Source: Candidatus Kapaibacterium sp.
GTDB lineage: Bacteria > Bacteroidota > Ignavibacteria > Kapaibacteriales > UBA2268
Reading direction: 5' to 3'
Assembly (NCBI GenBank): GCA_963665665.1
Contig: OY762428.1
Coordinates: forward strand, 1,056,001 to 1,120,000
DNA: 64,000 bases
The notes below the pieces were generated by a model. It searched no databases, was not told the origin of the DNA, and saw only the letters and a program-made list of their open reading frames with translations. Numbering within the stretch: position 1 is the first letter of the stretch; each line of letters starts with the position of its first letter. Below are positions 1 to 9,300 of the stretch, piece by piece. A program made the position numbers and the translations under genes.

Positions 1-1083
1 CTTGCCCGCGTTGATGATTCGGCATGTGCTATTGTATTTAAAATCCGGGAAGGCAAGCTGATAGGAAAACGTCATTTTATAATAACAAAAGCTGACGAAC
101 AATCCGACGATGATATTATACGACGAACAGTTGAAAAATGGTATATAGAAACAGATTTTATTCCTCCCGAGATACTTCTGCAAAGCGAGCCGGCAGAACT
201 TGAATACCTGACCGACTGGCTGGGGCAGCGCAGGGGCAGGCCGATTCATATTCATATACCTCAGCGCGGCGACAAGAAAAGCCTGCTGAACATGGCCAGG
301 GCAAACGCAGAATTCGTACTCAGGGAATATCACCTGGCAATAGCAAAACGCGAACAGTCAGTTCCCCATGCCGTAACAGCATTACAGCGGGACCTGAGAA
401 TGAAAAAACCGCCTCGCCGGATTGAGTGCTTCGACAACTCGCATATACAGGGAACCGACCTTGTATCATCGCTCGTGGTATTCGAGGACGGCAAACCCAA
501 AAAATCTGATTACAGGAAGTTTAAAAATAAGACTGTATTGAAAAATGATGATTTTGCCGCTATGAGAGAAGTGGTTCAAAGACGCTATACCCGGCTTGTA
601 AATGAAGAAACCGTGTTGCCCGACCTGATTATTATTGATGGAGGTAAAGGGCAGCTTTCATCAGCATACAGAATATTGACAGACCTGGGAATTCAGGATA
701 AGATAACTATTGTAGGACTTGCTAAGAAACTGGAGGAAGTTTTCTTTCCGGGTGAATCCGAACCGCTGATCCTGCCCAGAACATCCAACAGCCTGAAACT
801 GATTCAGCAGCTCAGGGATGAGGCACACAGGTTTGCGATTACTTTCCACCGCCAACTTAGAAGTAAAAGAACTTTTCAGACAATACTTACAAACATTCCG
901 GGCATTGGAGAAAAGACTGCCACCAAATTACTAAGTGAATTCGGCTCGGTTGAAAATATTCGTAAGGCTGATGATGAAAAATTGAAAAATATCGTGAATG
1001 ATAAAATTTTCAAAGCGATAAGAGAATTTGATTTCGAACAGGCAGAAAAGGAAGACGATGAAAGAACTGAAGAAATTATCTGA
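1..1083 (+). CDS. uvrC: Excinuclease ABC subunit C, 5'-truncated by the window edge
   Basis: Frame 1 is open from base 1 (LARVDDSACAIVFKIREGKLIG...). Motifs RIECFDNSHIQG, DDFAAMREVVQRRY, PDLIIIDGGKGQLS, QQLRDEAHRFAITFHR and a C-terminal HhH (IPGIGEKTATKLL). Confidence 0.97.
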   Translation, partial: LARVDDSACAIVFKIREGKLIGKRHFIITKADEQSDDDIIRRTVEKWYIETDFIPPEILLQSEPAELEYLTDWLGQRRGRPIHIHIPQRGDKKSLLNMARANAEFVLREYHLAIAKREQSVPHAVTALQRDLRMKKPPRRIECFDNSHIQGTDLVSSLVVFEDGKPKKSDYRKFKNKTVLKNDDFAAMREVVQRRYTRLVNEETVLPDLIIIDGGKGQLSSAYRILTDLGIQDKITIVGLAKKLEEVFFPGESEPLILPRTSNSLKLIQQLRDEAHRFAITFHRQLRSKRTFQTILTNIPGIGEKTATKLLSEFGSVENIRKADDEKLKNIVNDKIFKAIREFDFEQAEKEDDERTEEII

Positions 1084-3046
1084 AGCCCTGAAAAATACAA
1101 AGCTGATGGAAGGGAATTACAGGATCAGGCAATTCCCTGAAATGTTTGTTTATAAGAGTATAAAGAATGGTGATAAATTCAGTTCTACATCCGACCGAAT
1201 AAAAAATTTGCGAAATTCAGGAAATGACCTCCCCAAACCTACCTTGTCCCGACCTGTCGGGATCCAAAGGAGGGGCTTAAATTTAGTAGACCTCCCCTTG
1301 CGGGATGGATCGGAAGTCGAAAATTTTCCAAACCCAAATGAATTTTATTCAATGATCATTGATAATATTATCAACAATGATTTTGATTACAGGCAGACAG
1401 ATATTATTTATAACCTGTTTATTCGATATGCATGTGCTTTCGATCATGACGGCGACGGGATCCTGGAAGATAAGCCGGGATTATTAAAAGAAAACGGGAC
1501 CTTCCTGAAAGCTATTGCCATGCTGCCCTATATAAAATATCTCGGCGCCGATACTGTCAGCCTTCTGCCGGTCTGCAAAAGGGGCAAGTCCGGTATGAAG
1601 GGCAACCTTGGATCTCCCTATGCCGTAAGCAACCCTCTGGAAATTGATATTGATCTTGCAGATAATATACACGGCATTTCAGTTGATGAACAGTTCAAGG
1701 CATTTGTTCAGGCTGCACATAAAATGAATATCAGGGTAACAATGGAATTTGTATTCCGCACTGCTTCCCGGGATAGTATTCTGGCTCTTGATCATCCGGA
1801 ATGGTTTTACTGGATATGGGACGATGAAGATATTATTGAGAATTACAGACCGCCAAATTTTGAAAATGAAGTTGTTGATAGAATAATTAAAAAGGCAGAA
1901 TCAGGAAATCTGGAATATCTGCCTGAACCCGATGAAAAATATAAAGGAATATTTGCACCGGTTCCGGATAAATTAAAAATCGAAGACGGAAAAATTATTG
2001 GTTATTCGAAATGTAAGAGATGTATCATACCCGGCGCATTTGCAGACTGGCCGCCTAACGACCCTCAGCCGCCCTGGGATGACGTTACTTACCTGCGCTT
2101 ATACAATCATCCGGATTTTAATTATATCGCCTACAACACCATACGTATGTATGATAACAAACTGAAAAATGATGGGCGAAAAGTCGATGATCTTTGGTAT
2201 TATATTTCAAATATAATACCTCATTATATCAAAAATTTTGATATCGACGGCGTGATGATAGATATGGGGCACGCGATACCATCGGAACTAATGAAAGAAA
2301 TAGTAAAAAAAGCCAGAAGTATAAAACCTGATTTTATATTTTTCGAGGAAAACTTCAATCCCGACGCGCATTCTGTCAGATCAGGATATAATGCATCGCT
2401 CGGCCGTTTGTTTTTTGATATTTATAATACTGATGATTTTAAAAACCTGCTCAGGAAAATATCAACAAAGAAACTATCCCTGCCAATATTTCTCGCTCCG
2501 GAAACACATAATACCCCACGAATTGCTGCCAGGTATAATGATGATAAATTTATGTGCCGTATTGCAGCTTCCCTCCTTTTGCCGGGCCTGCCATATATTC
2601 ATTCCGGGGTTGAAACCGGCGAGAAACGCCCTGTAAATACAGGCCTGAATTTCTTTCCTGAAGAATCAGCCCAATATCCGGAGGAAGAACTGCCACTATT
2701 CTCGGCTCATTACATGAATCCGGGGCAGAATGAATTATTCAGAATAAATTTATTAAAAGAATTATTCTCAATCCGGGAGGAATTCGGAATTGATAAAAAT
2801 TCTGAATTAGTATTGCCTGAAGTTTCAAATAAAAATATAATAGCTTTTATTATTACTGGAAATAAAAAGAACCTTTTATTTGTATCAAATTTTTGTGAAG
2901 TAAAGGAGATTTATTTCAACCTGAAAATCAATAGCGCCAAAACCTTTTATAATTATCAGGATAAAAGGATCATCAATTTTATCAACTCCTCTTTAATTTT
3001 AAATCTAAAATCAAATAAATATTACTATGGCGAATTAGTATTTTGA
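1058..3046 (+). CDS. GH13 alpha-amylase-family protein, maltosyltransferase-like
   Basis: GTFLKAIAMLPYIKYLGADTVSLLP, GSPYAV, FKAFVQAAHKMNIRVTMEFVFRT, catalytic-region IDGVMIDMGHAIP and ETHNTPR. ATG at 1058 is preferred over the TTG at 1028. Overlaps the end of uvrC. Confidence 0.85.
   Translation: MKELKKLSEALKNTKLMEGNYRIRQFPEMFVYKSIKNGDKFSSTSDRIKNLRNSGNDLPKPTLSRPVGIQRRGLNLVDLPLRDGSEVENFPNPNEFYSMIIDNIINNDFDYRQTDIIYNLFIRYACAFDHDGDGILEDKPGLLKENGTFLKAIAMLPYIKYLGADTVSLLPVCKRGKSGMKGNLGSPYAVSNPLEIDIDLADNIHGISVDEQFKAFVQAAHKMNIRVTMEFVFRTASRDSILALDHPEWFYWIWDDEDIIENYRPPNFENEVVDRIIKKAESGNLEYLPEPDEKYKGIFAPVPDKLKIEDGKIIGYSKCKRCIIPGAFADWPPNDPQPPWDDVTYLRLYNHPDFNYIAYNTIRMYDNKLKNDGRKVDDLWYYISNIIPHYIKNFDIDGVMIDMGHAIPSELMKEIVKKARSIKPDFIFFEENFNPDAHSVRSGYNASLGRLFFDIYNTDDFKNLLRKISTKKLSLPIFLAPETHNTPRIAARYNDDKFMCRIAASLLLPGLPYIHSGVETGEKRPVNTGLNFFPEESAQYPEEELPLFSAHYMNPGQNELFRINLLKELFSIREEFGIDKNSELVLPEVSNKNIIAFIITGNKKNLLFVSNFCEVKEIYFNLKINSAKTFYNYQDKRIINFINSSLILNLKSNKYYYGELVF
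1226..1318. repeat. Palindromic REP-like element inside the GH13 coding sequence
   Basis: GC-rich island GACCTCCCCAAACC...TCCAAAGGAGGGGCT...GACCTCCCCTTGCGGGATGG in an AT-rich gene, with the internal hairpin TCCCGAC-CT-GTCGGGA (1247-1262). Confidence 0.65.
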
Positions 3047-3101
3047 TTTTAATTTAGAATAATATACATTACCCGATGTTAAATATTGCACAGGGCTGGC
3101 T

Positions 3102-4346
3102 ATGACAATAGATTTTATTACTTTTTTTCGAACATTATGCAGAAACAGACGGCAAAAATCAGTATTAATCAAACAATTACCAATATCAATAGTGATAATT
3201 TTAATTTCTGTTTCAATTTCTTACTCTCAATCTTCGTTTTCATTAAAAGACGGCATTAATTTACAGGCTTCTGACAGCAGCGTCGCTTGTAAAATAGTTG
3301 TCAGTATGCAGCCGCGAATTGAAGGAGTATGGGGAAAAAATGCGAACGAAGACCTGACGCTGAATTCATATATAAGGCGTTCTCGATTAAAATTCAACGG
3401 TTTCATGTTTACACCAAAATTAACATACCTTATACAGTTTGGGTTCACAAACAGGGATATGGTTTCGAACAGGGATCCGGAAAAAGATAATCCGGGGCCT
3501 CTTTTTGATGCTATGATATACTGGGAATTCATGAAGGGTACAAAACTTGTATTCGGACAAGGTAAGCTTCCCGGCAATTTATCCAGGCTTATGTCATTTG
3601 CTACATTAAGTTTCCCCGAACGCTCATACGCCGAGAAAGTTTTTACAACATACAGGGATAACGGCCTGCAGATTCATCACGAGTCAGGTATTAATAACTT
3701 TAACTGGCGTTTTTACGCGGCTATGACAACAGGCGAAGGCAGGAATATGGAATCGAACGGAAACGGCTATTGCTATACAGGCAGATTAGAATTGCTTCCA
3801 CTCGGGAAATTTGATAAGAAAAATGACAGGTCGGCTTTTGATTCGAACTTTGAGAAAAGCCCGAAATTATTACTTGGCGCTTCATATTCTCTAAACCAGG
3901 ATGCAGTCTGGAACAGGGCTACACTTGGTACGGCATTATTATACCCGGAAGACATCAAATCTCTTTTTGCTGATTTATTATTTAAGTATAATGGGTTTTC
4001 AATCTTTGGCGAATACTATTCGAGGACAGCAGACAATATACTACAAACTAATACTGAAACCGGAGAAAGCACTTATATTTTTGCAGGAAGAGGTGGGTCT
4101 GCCCAAATAAATTATATGATTAGCAATAAATCAAATATTGCCTTTCGTTTTGGATTAGTAGAACCCGATAGCAAAATAAGCAATAAAGTAAGTAAACGAA
4201 AAGATTACGCAATCGGCTATAGTTATTTCCTTTTTAAGAATAAAGTTAAGATCCAGTCTGATATTAGTATGATAAGTGAGAAAAAACAAGGCACGGATAA
4301 GGACGAATGGTTCAACGCAAGGTTCAATGTAATACTTAGCCTGTAA
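3102..4346 (+). CDS. Outer-membrane porin, OprO/OprP (phosphate-selective porin)-like
   Basis: YIRRSRLKFNGFMFTPKLTYLIQFGF, FGQGKLPGN, ERS...RDNGLQ, amphipathic beta-strands and a terminal barrel strand. Exact start is uncertain. Confidence 0.8.
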   Translation: MTIDFITFFRTLCRNRRQKSVLIKQLPISIVIILISVSISYSQSSFSLKDGINLQASDSSVACKIVVSMQPRIEGVWGKNANEDLTLNSYIRRSRLKFNGFMFTPKLTYLIQFGFTNRDMVSNRDPEKDNPGPLFDAMIYWEFMKGTKLVFGQGKLPGNLSRLMSFATLSFPERSYAEKVFTTYRDNGLQIHHESGINNFNWRFYAAMTTGEGRNMESNGNGYCYTGRLELLPLGKFDKKNDRSAFDSNFEKSPKLLLGASYSLNQDAVWNRATLGTALLYPEDIKSLFADLLFKYNGFSIFGEYYSRTADNILQTNTETGESTYIFAGRGGSAQINYMISNKSNIAFRFGLVEPDSKISNKVSKRKDYAIGYSYFLFKNKVKIQSDISMISEKKQGTDKDEWFNARFNVILSL

Positions 4347-4383
4347 CAGAACAGTATTCCTGCTTCGAGGATATTCAATTTAC

Positions 4384-4423
4384 CAAACCATCTCCTGCTG
4401 TCACAGAAGATGGTTTGTTTTTT
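4384..4423 (+). terminator. Rho-independent terminator after the porin gene
   Basis: CAAACCATCT...AGATGGTTTG stem followed by a T-run. Confidence 0.7.
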
Positions 4424-4515
4424 AGTTTGCAATCTTAATTTATTTCAAAATAATATTTTCGTTTCTACTCAGGTTGGTAAATATATTGCTGTTATTGAAG
4501 AAAAATATCGAGAAA

Positions 4516-4607
4516 TGTCATTCTGACCGAGAGCAGCGAGGGAAGAATCCACGTAATATAGCAGAATATGTAGAAGAATGGATACTTCGCTGACGCTCAG
4601 TATGACA
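4516..4607. repeat. REP/MITE-like palindromic element (TGTCATTCTGA...TCAGTATGACA type), copy 1
   Basis: Terminal inverted repeat TGTCATTCTGA / TCAGTATGACA with inner arms GAAGAATCCA / TGGATACTTC. A related copy lies at 61118-61228. Confidence 0.8.
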
Positions 4608-4664
4608 GCTTCCTGCAATTTTATCGAATTTTCATTGTTCAGCTAAATAGTAATATATTTTCTT

Positions 4665-4672
4665 TATATTTG
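4665..4672 (+). promoter_or_regulatory. Bacteroidota-type -7 promoter element TAnnTTTG
   Basis: TATATTTG 33 bp upstream of the ATG at 4706. The same motif lies upstream of genes at 19285-19292 (-), 25752-25759 (-), 31981-31988 (-), 32043-32050 (+), 47896-47903 (-) and 61265-61272 (+). Confidence 0.5.
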
Positions 4673-4705
4673 AAAAATGTATTTTCTGAATCGACGGATT
4701 GAATT

Positions 4706-6220
4706 ATGAAACGTATTATATTACTTTTGGCGATCATTTTGACTTTTTCTTCATCGCTTAAATCTGCTGAAATTAACGGACGGATGGAAGATTTTAACGG
4801 TATAAAAACTCTATACGTTTGGGGAACTCACCAGGAAAGAGGATTTGCAATTGGTTATTACTGTGCAGAAGACTTTTACACTGTTTTCAAAGATTATTTC
4901 TTTGCTGAGTTATTCAGTGGGAACACTATTCTTTATAACAACTTAAAAGCTCAGGCCAAATTTCTTATTGGCGTGGAAGATTATTACATAGAAGAAGCTC
5001 AGGGCATTCTGGATGGTATAAAAGAAGCCGGCTGGGACGATGAGTTTTATGAAATTTTCGGTAGGGATTTCGATACTTTTGATATTATTATAGCAAATTC
5101 AGTTCCCGACCTCGCAGCAAGATTTGGTTGCTCAAGTGTTTCAAGCTGGGGAGAATCAACAAAAGACGATCCGGAATTACAGGGTGAACTTGTTATTACA
5201 AGGCTTCTGGACTGGAGCTCAAGCACAGTTCTTGTAAACAGCCAGTTAATGATTGTTCATATTCCTGCAAGCCGTTCTGAACAGGCATGGGTTAACTTTA
5301 CATTCAGCGGGCTGATGGGTTCTGTTTCTGGTATTAATGCCGGTGGTGTATGCGCTTTTCACCACATGGGCAACGATCATGGAAATATTCCATCACAGCA
5401 GGCACACCCAAGTATGCTTACACTAAGAAACGGTTTGGAAATTTGGGATGCCAACGGCGACAACGAAGTAAAATCCTCTGATGTTTATTATGCTTTCAAT
5501 GAAAAAGTTCAGGCCGGTGGTTTTATTATCCATACTGCTTCGGCTCTTGCTAACCAGGACAGTGCAATAATCCTGGAATGTAATCCTGATCACGGCGTTG
5601 TTGTCAGAACAATTGATGACAATACTGAAATTGAAGGAACAAACCTTGTAACAACAAACCATTTCCGGAAAATGATTGCCCCGGAAGATTGTGACCGCTT
5701 CGACCGACTTATGGATTCACTTAGTTCGGATTCCGATATGACCGTTGAAAGAAGCTGGAATATGCTTGGGCAGGCTTGTGGTGCTGACGGAACTTACTGG
5801 TCATATACAATTCATGAAGTGGAATATATCCCCTACCTGAGAAAAGTGAAGTTAGGAATGGCCACCCCGGAACTTCCCGGATGTATGGTTACTCCTATAG
5901 AATTCAACTTGGACGACCTTTTTAATGTAAACGGAATTGAAGACCAGGAAACCAGTGATATCAATGGTATATTGATAAGTCCTAATCCGGTTGATAACCT
6001 GGCCATTATCAGCCTGTCAGAAGAAATAAACGGGACTTGCAGCATGAATATTTTCAATATTAACGGAGAAAAAGTTTATTCTTCTGATTCATACTATTCA
6101 GGCAATAATATAATTGCAGACCTGTCAAACCTGACAAGCGGCGTTTATATCTGCAATATCCTGATCAGTAACAACAATGGAAAAACAACTTCATTCAGCA
6201 GGAAACTGATCAAAAACTGA
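4706..6220 (+). CDS. Secreted peptidase C45/Ntn-hydrolase-family protein with T9SS type A C-terminal domain
   Basis: Signal peptide, WGTHQERGFAIG, predicted autoprocessing Cys in FGCSSVSSWG, RLLDW, SGINAGG, TTNHF. C-terminal domain: ISPNPVDN...IFNINGEKV...LTSGVYI...KLIKN. Confidence 0.8.
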   Translation: MKRIILLLAIILTFSSSLKSAEINGRMEDFNGIKTLYVWGTHQERGFAIGYYCAEDFYTVFKDYFFAELFSGNTILYNNLKAQAKFLIGVEDYYIEEAQGILDGIKEAGWDDEFYEIFGRDFDTFDIIIANSVPDLAARFGCSSVSSWGESTKDDPELQGELVITRLLDWSSSTVLVNSQLMIVHIPASRSEQAWVNFTFSGLMGSVSGINAGGVCAFHHMGNDHGNIPSQQAHPSMLTLRNGLEIWDANGDNEVKSSDVYYAFNEKVQAGGFIIHTASALANQDSAIILECNPDHGVVVRTIDDNTEIEGTNLVTTNHFRKMIAPEDCDRFDRLMDSLSSDSDMTVERSWNMLGQACGADGTYWSYTIHEVEYIPYLRKVKLGMATPELPGCMVTPIEFNLDDLFNVNGIEDQETSDINGILISPNPVDNLAIISLSEEINGTCSMNIFNINGEKVYSSDSYYSGNNIIADLSNLTSGVYICNILISNNNGKTTSFSRKLIKN

Positions 6221-6241
6221 TGCCATCAAAATATTTTCTTC

Positions 6242-6274
6242 AAGCCCGCTATCTTCCGGATAACGGGCTTTTTT
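6242..6274. terminator. Terminator hairpin between convergent genes
   Basis: AAGCCCG-CTATC...GATAA-CGGGCTT followed by TTTT. Confidence 0.7.
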
Positions 6275-6302
6275 AATATTAAATGACATTCCTGAAAGCA
6301 AG

Positions 6303-9300
6303 TCATTTTCCTATAAGAATTTTTTTTGTGAAATATTGATTTCTTGTCATTAAAACAATATAATACACACCGCTGGCAACATCTCGAATATCAGTTTCAA
6401 CACTTCTGATTACGATCTGATCGTTCAAGCCACTATCAATGCTCTTAACTCTCTGGCCATAAATATTGTATATGCATAATTCATAAATCCCATTTTCAAC
6501 CAGGCCGATTTCAATTTTCAGTTTATCCTCTGCCGGATTTGGCGAAATATTTATAATTCCTGATTCCGCAAAAGGATTAACAAGCCGTGCGCCTCCTTCC
6601 CTACAAATATTTGATAAAGTAAATTTACCGTCAATAAAAATAATACTGGCGCTATTTAAATCGTAGATTGGATTGGAAAGAATCAGAGGACACTCTGGGC
6701 TGTTCCCCAAACCTGTAATAAAACGTACACGACTAAGCGTATCGCCCGGCACACCATCGATTATGAGGCTATCTAAGGTTATAGAAGCTTTATAATTATC
6801 AATTAATACCTGTTCATAATCAATTGGGTATAATAAAGAAGGATTATATTCCAGATCAACAGATTCCAATTTGATACCTTCCGGCAATTGGTTTTCTATG
6901 TTTTCAAGAAATATTGGAACACTAATTATCTCGCCGGTTTCTGCCTTTTTATCTGGTATTTTAAGTTGAGCCACAGCTAATGGTATTTCTTCTTTTACTA
7001 TTTCTAAGAGAATTCGAATATTACTTTTCCTTTTGCAAATTGAATCAATTAAATTTAAATTTTCATCAATAATACTTTCGTATGCAATGCCCGGGAAAGA
7101 TATTTTTAAATTCCCAAAGTCCTCTGCCGCAATTACAAATCTGTCCGAATTAAAATCAAAAACTCCGGATCCATCTACAAAGGCTGTGTTTCTTATTGTA
7201 CCATTATTAATCAATTGTATGGTAGTATCAATGGTTTCACCGGTATTGACTGTTCCAAGATCAATAATATCATCTTTCCAATGTATATTAACACTATCTT
7301 TTCTGCCGGTAATTGGAATATTCAATATTGAATCAATGTATGAATTTGAATAAATTGATAGTTCTGCTTCTTTTTCTCCTGTTGTTGATGGCCTAAAAAG
7401 AATATTTACATTTTTAGAACTATCAGGTTCAATTTTAAATGGGAATATCTCGTTAACTACAAAATCCTCTTCATTAATACCTGAAATATTGATATCTTTA
7501 ACAACCAATGTATCCTGTCCAATATTTTCTATATAGATATTAGAATAAATGGCTGGCTCGCATAATAAATTCCCGAAACCGGCAAAAGTGGCGGAAATCT
7601 TCGGAACAACAATGCCCTCACCAAACAATTGTAATTTTGCAGGACTGCCTAAGCCGTCAAAATAAAATTCCAACAAACCGCTTTTTCTTCCTGATCTTAC
7701 CGGAGAAAACCTAATGTCCATCAGCCATTCCTGACCCGGGTTTATTACAAACGGGCCGCCTCCGGAAATTGTTGAGTACTCCTCCTCATTTTGTAATGCA
7801 TATTTAGTCTTAGTAATTCGAACCGGCGAATCGCCAATATTTTTAATAGTTGTTATCTGCAAAGTATCTTTATTTTCTCCGACTACTACCTGGCCGAAAT
7901 CAATCAAATTGTTCAGGATCTCAAGTTTAGGTTCGATTCCTTCCCCGAATATTTTATGACGCAAGGTGTCCGATTGGCTAATAATTATCATCTCAGCCTC
8001 GTATAAAATAGCTTTTTTAGGAGAGAATCTAATTTCACAAAAATGAGAAGCTCCGACCCCTACAGTATATTTTGGGAATCCTGAAACAACAGAAAAAATA
8101 CCCCCACCGATTTTGAAATAAATTGAATCCATTCTACAGGGCCATTCCCCGGTATTAATAACAAAATCAGTAATCAGCGAATCTTTATTACTGCCAACCA
8201 AAACCTGCTTCATATCTATATCAATACTCTCTACAACCGGAGTAACAATTGAAAATAGTGAATCAGAAACATCCATCTGTCCTGGCAATTCCTCAGGATA
8301 TAATTTTGCAACCCAGAAAGAATATCTGCCGTGAGCTTTAACATCTCCGTAATAGGATGAGCTGGGGCCACCGGCAATTATACCTCCGTCCTGTAAAATC
8401 CCTATTGCTGTAAGCCTGTCCCATTTCGGCCCACCAAGATTCTTCTCCCAAAGAATATTACCATCTTTATCAATGTTTACAATCCAAAAATCATAATAAC
8501 CCCAATTATTCTGTACATCGCCATCATTGGAATAAGTATATCCTCCTAAGGTACAACCGTCGTTATATGAATTTACTAATGAATAAGCACAATCATCTTC
8601 GCTTCCACCAAAATTCTTTTTAAATAATATTTTTCCGTTTGAATTTAATTTTATCAGGAAAAAATCTCTGCTTTTTATACCACATAAATAGATATTACCA
8701 AAATCATTAACTTTGATATCGTGTATTTCATTATAATTATCCTTATCAATTAATTTATTCCAGACCAGCTGTCCACTATAGTCAACCTTTATTATCCAGA
8801 ATTTTGAACTTTCAATTTTATTTCCTATATCTCCATCTTCCGAAGAAGTGACTCCTGCAATAATAAAACCACCGTCGATAGTAAGATCAATACAAGAAAT
8901 TTTATCATCCTTACTCCCGCCATAATTCTTTACCCACTGAACATTCATATTCTCATCAGTTTTTATCAGGTAGTAATCATATCCGCCTTTATTTTGTCGA
9001 AAAATGCCATCCGATGAGCTTGATGATATGGCAATAATATTTCCACCGTCATAAGTGTTTTTAATATCAATAAAATCATTAGAACCATTTCCACTAAAGT
9101 TTTTCATTTCAACCACTCTGCCGTCATCTAAAGCATGAGCAATTTCAACAACTCCTTTGTTTGATCTTCCAAAATTAAAGCTACCGTCATTTTTCTCAAT
9201 GCCTCGATAATAGTAAATATCTCTGACCCACAGAGTATTACCATTCTTGTCCAGTTTAAATATACCTTTACCAGAGAGTATTAAACAATTGCCATCAGCG

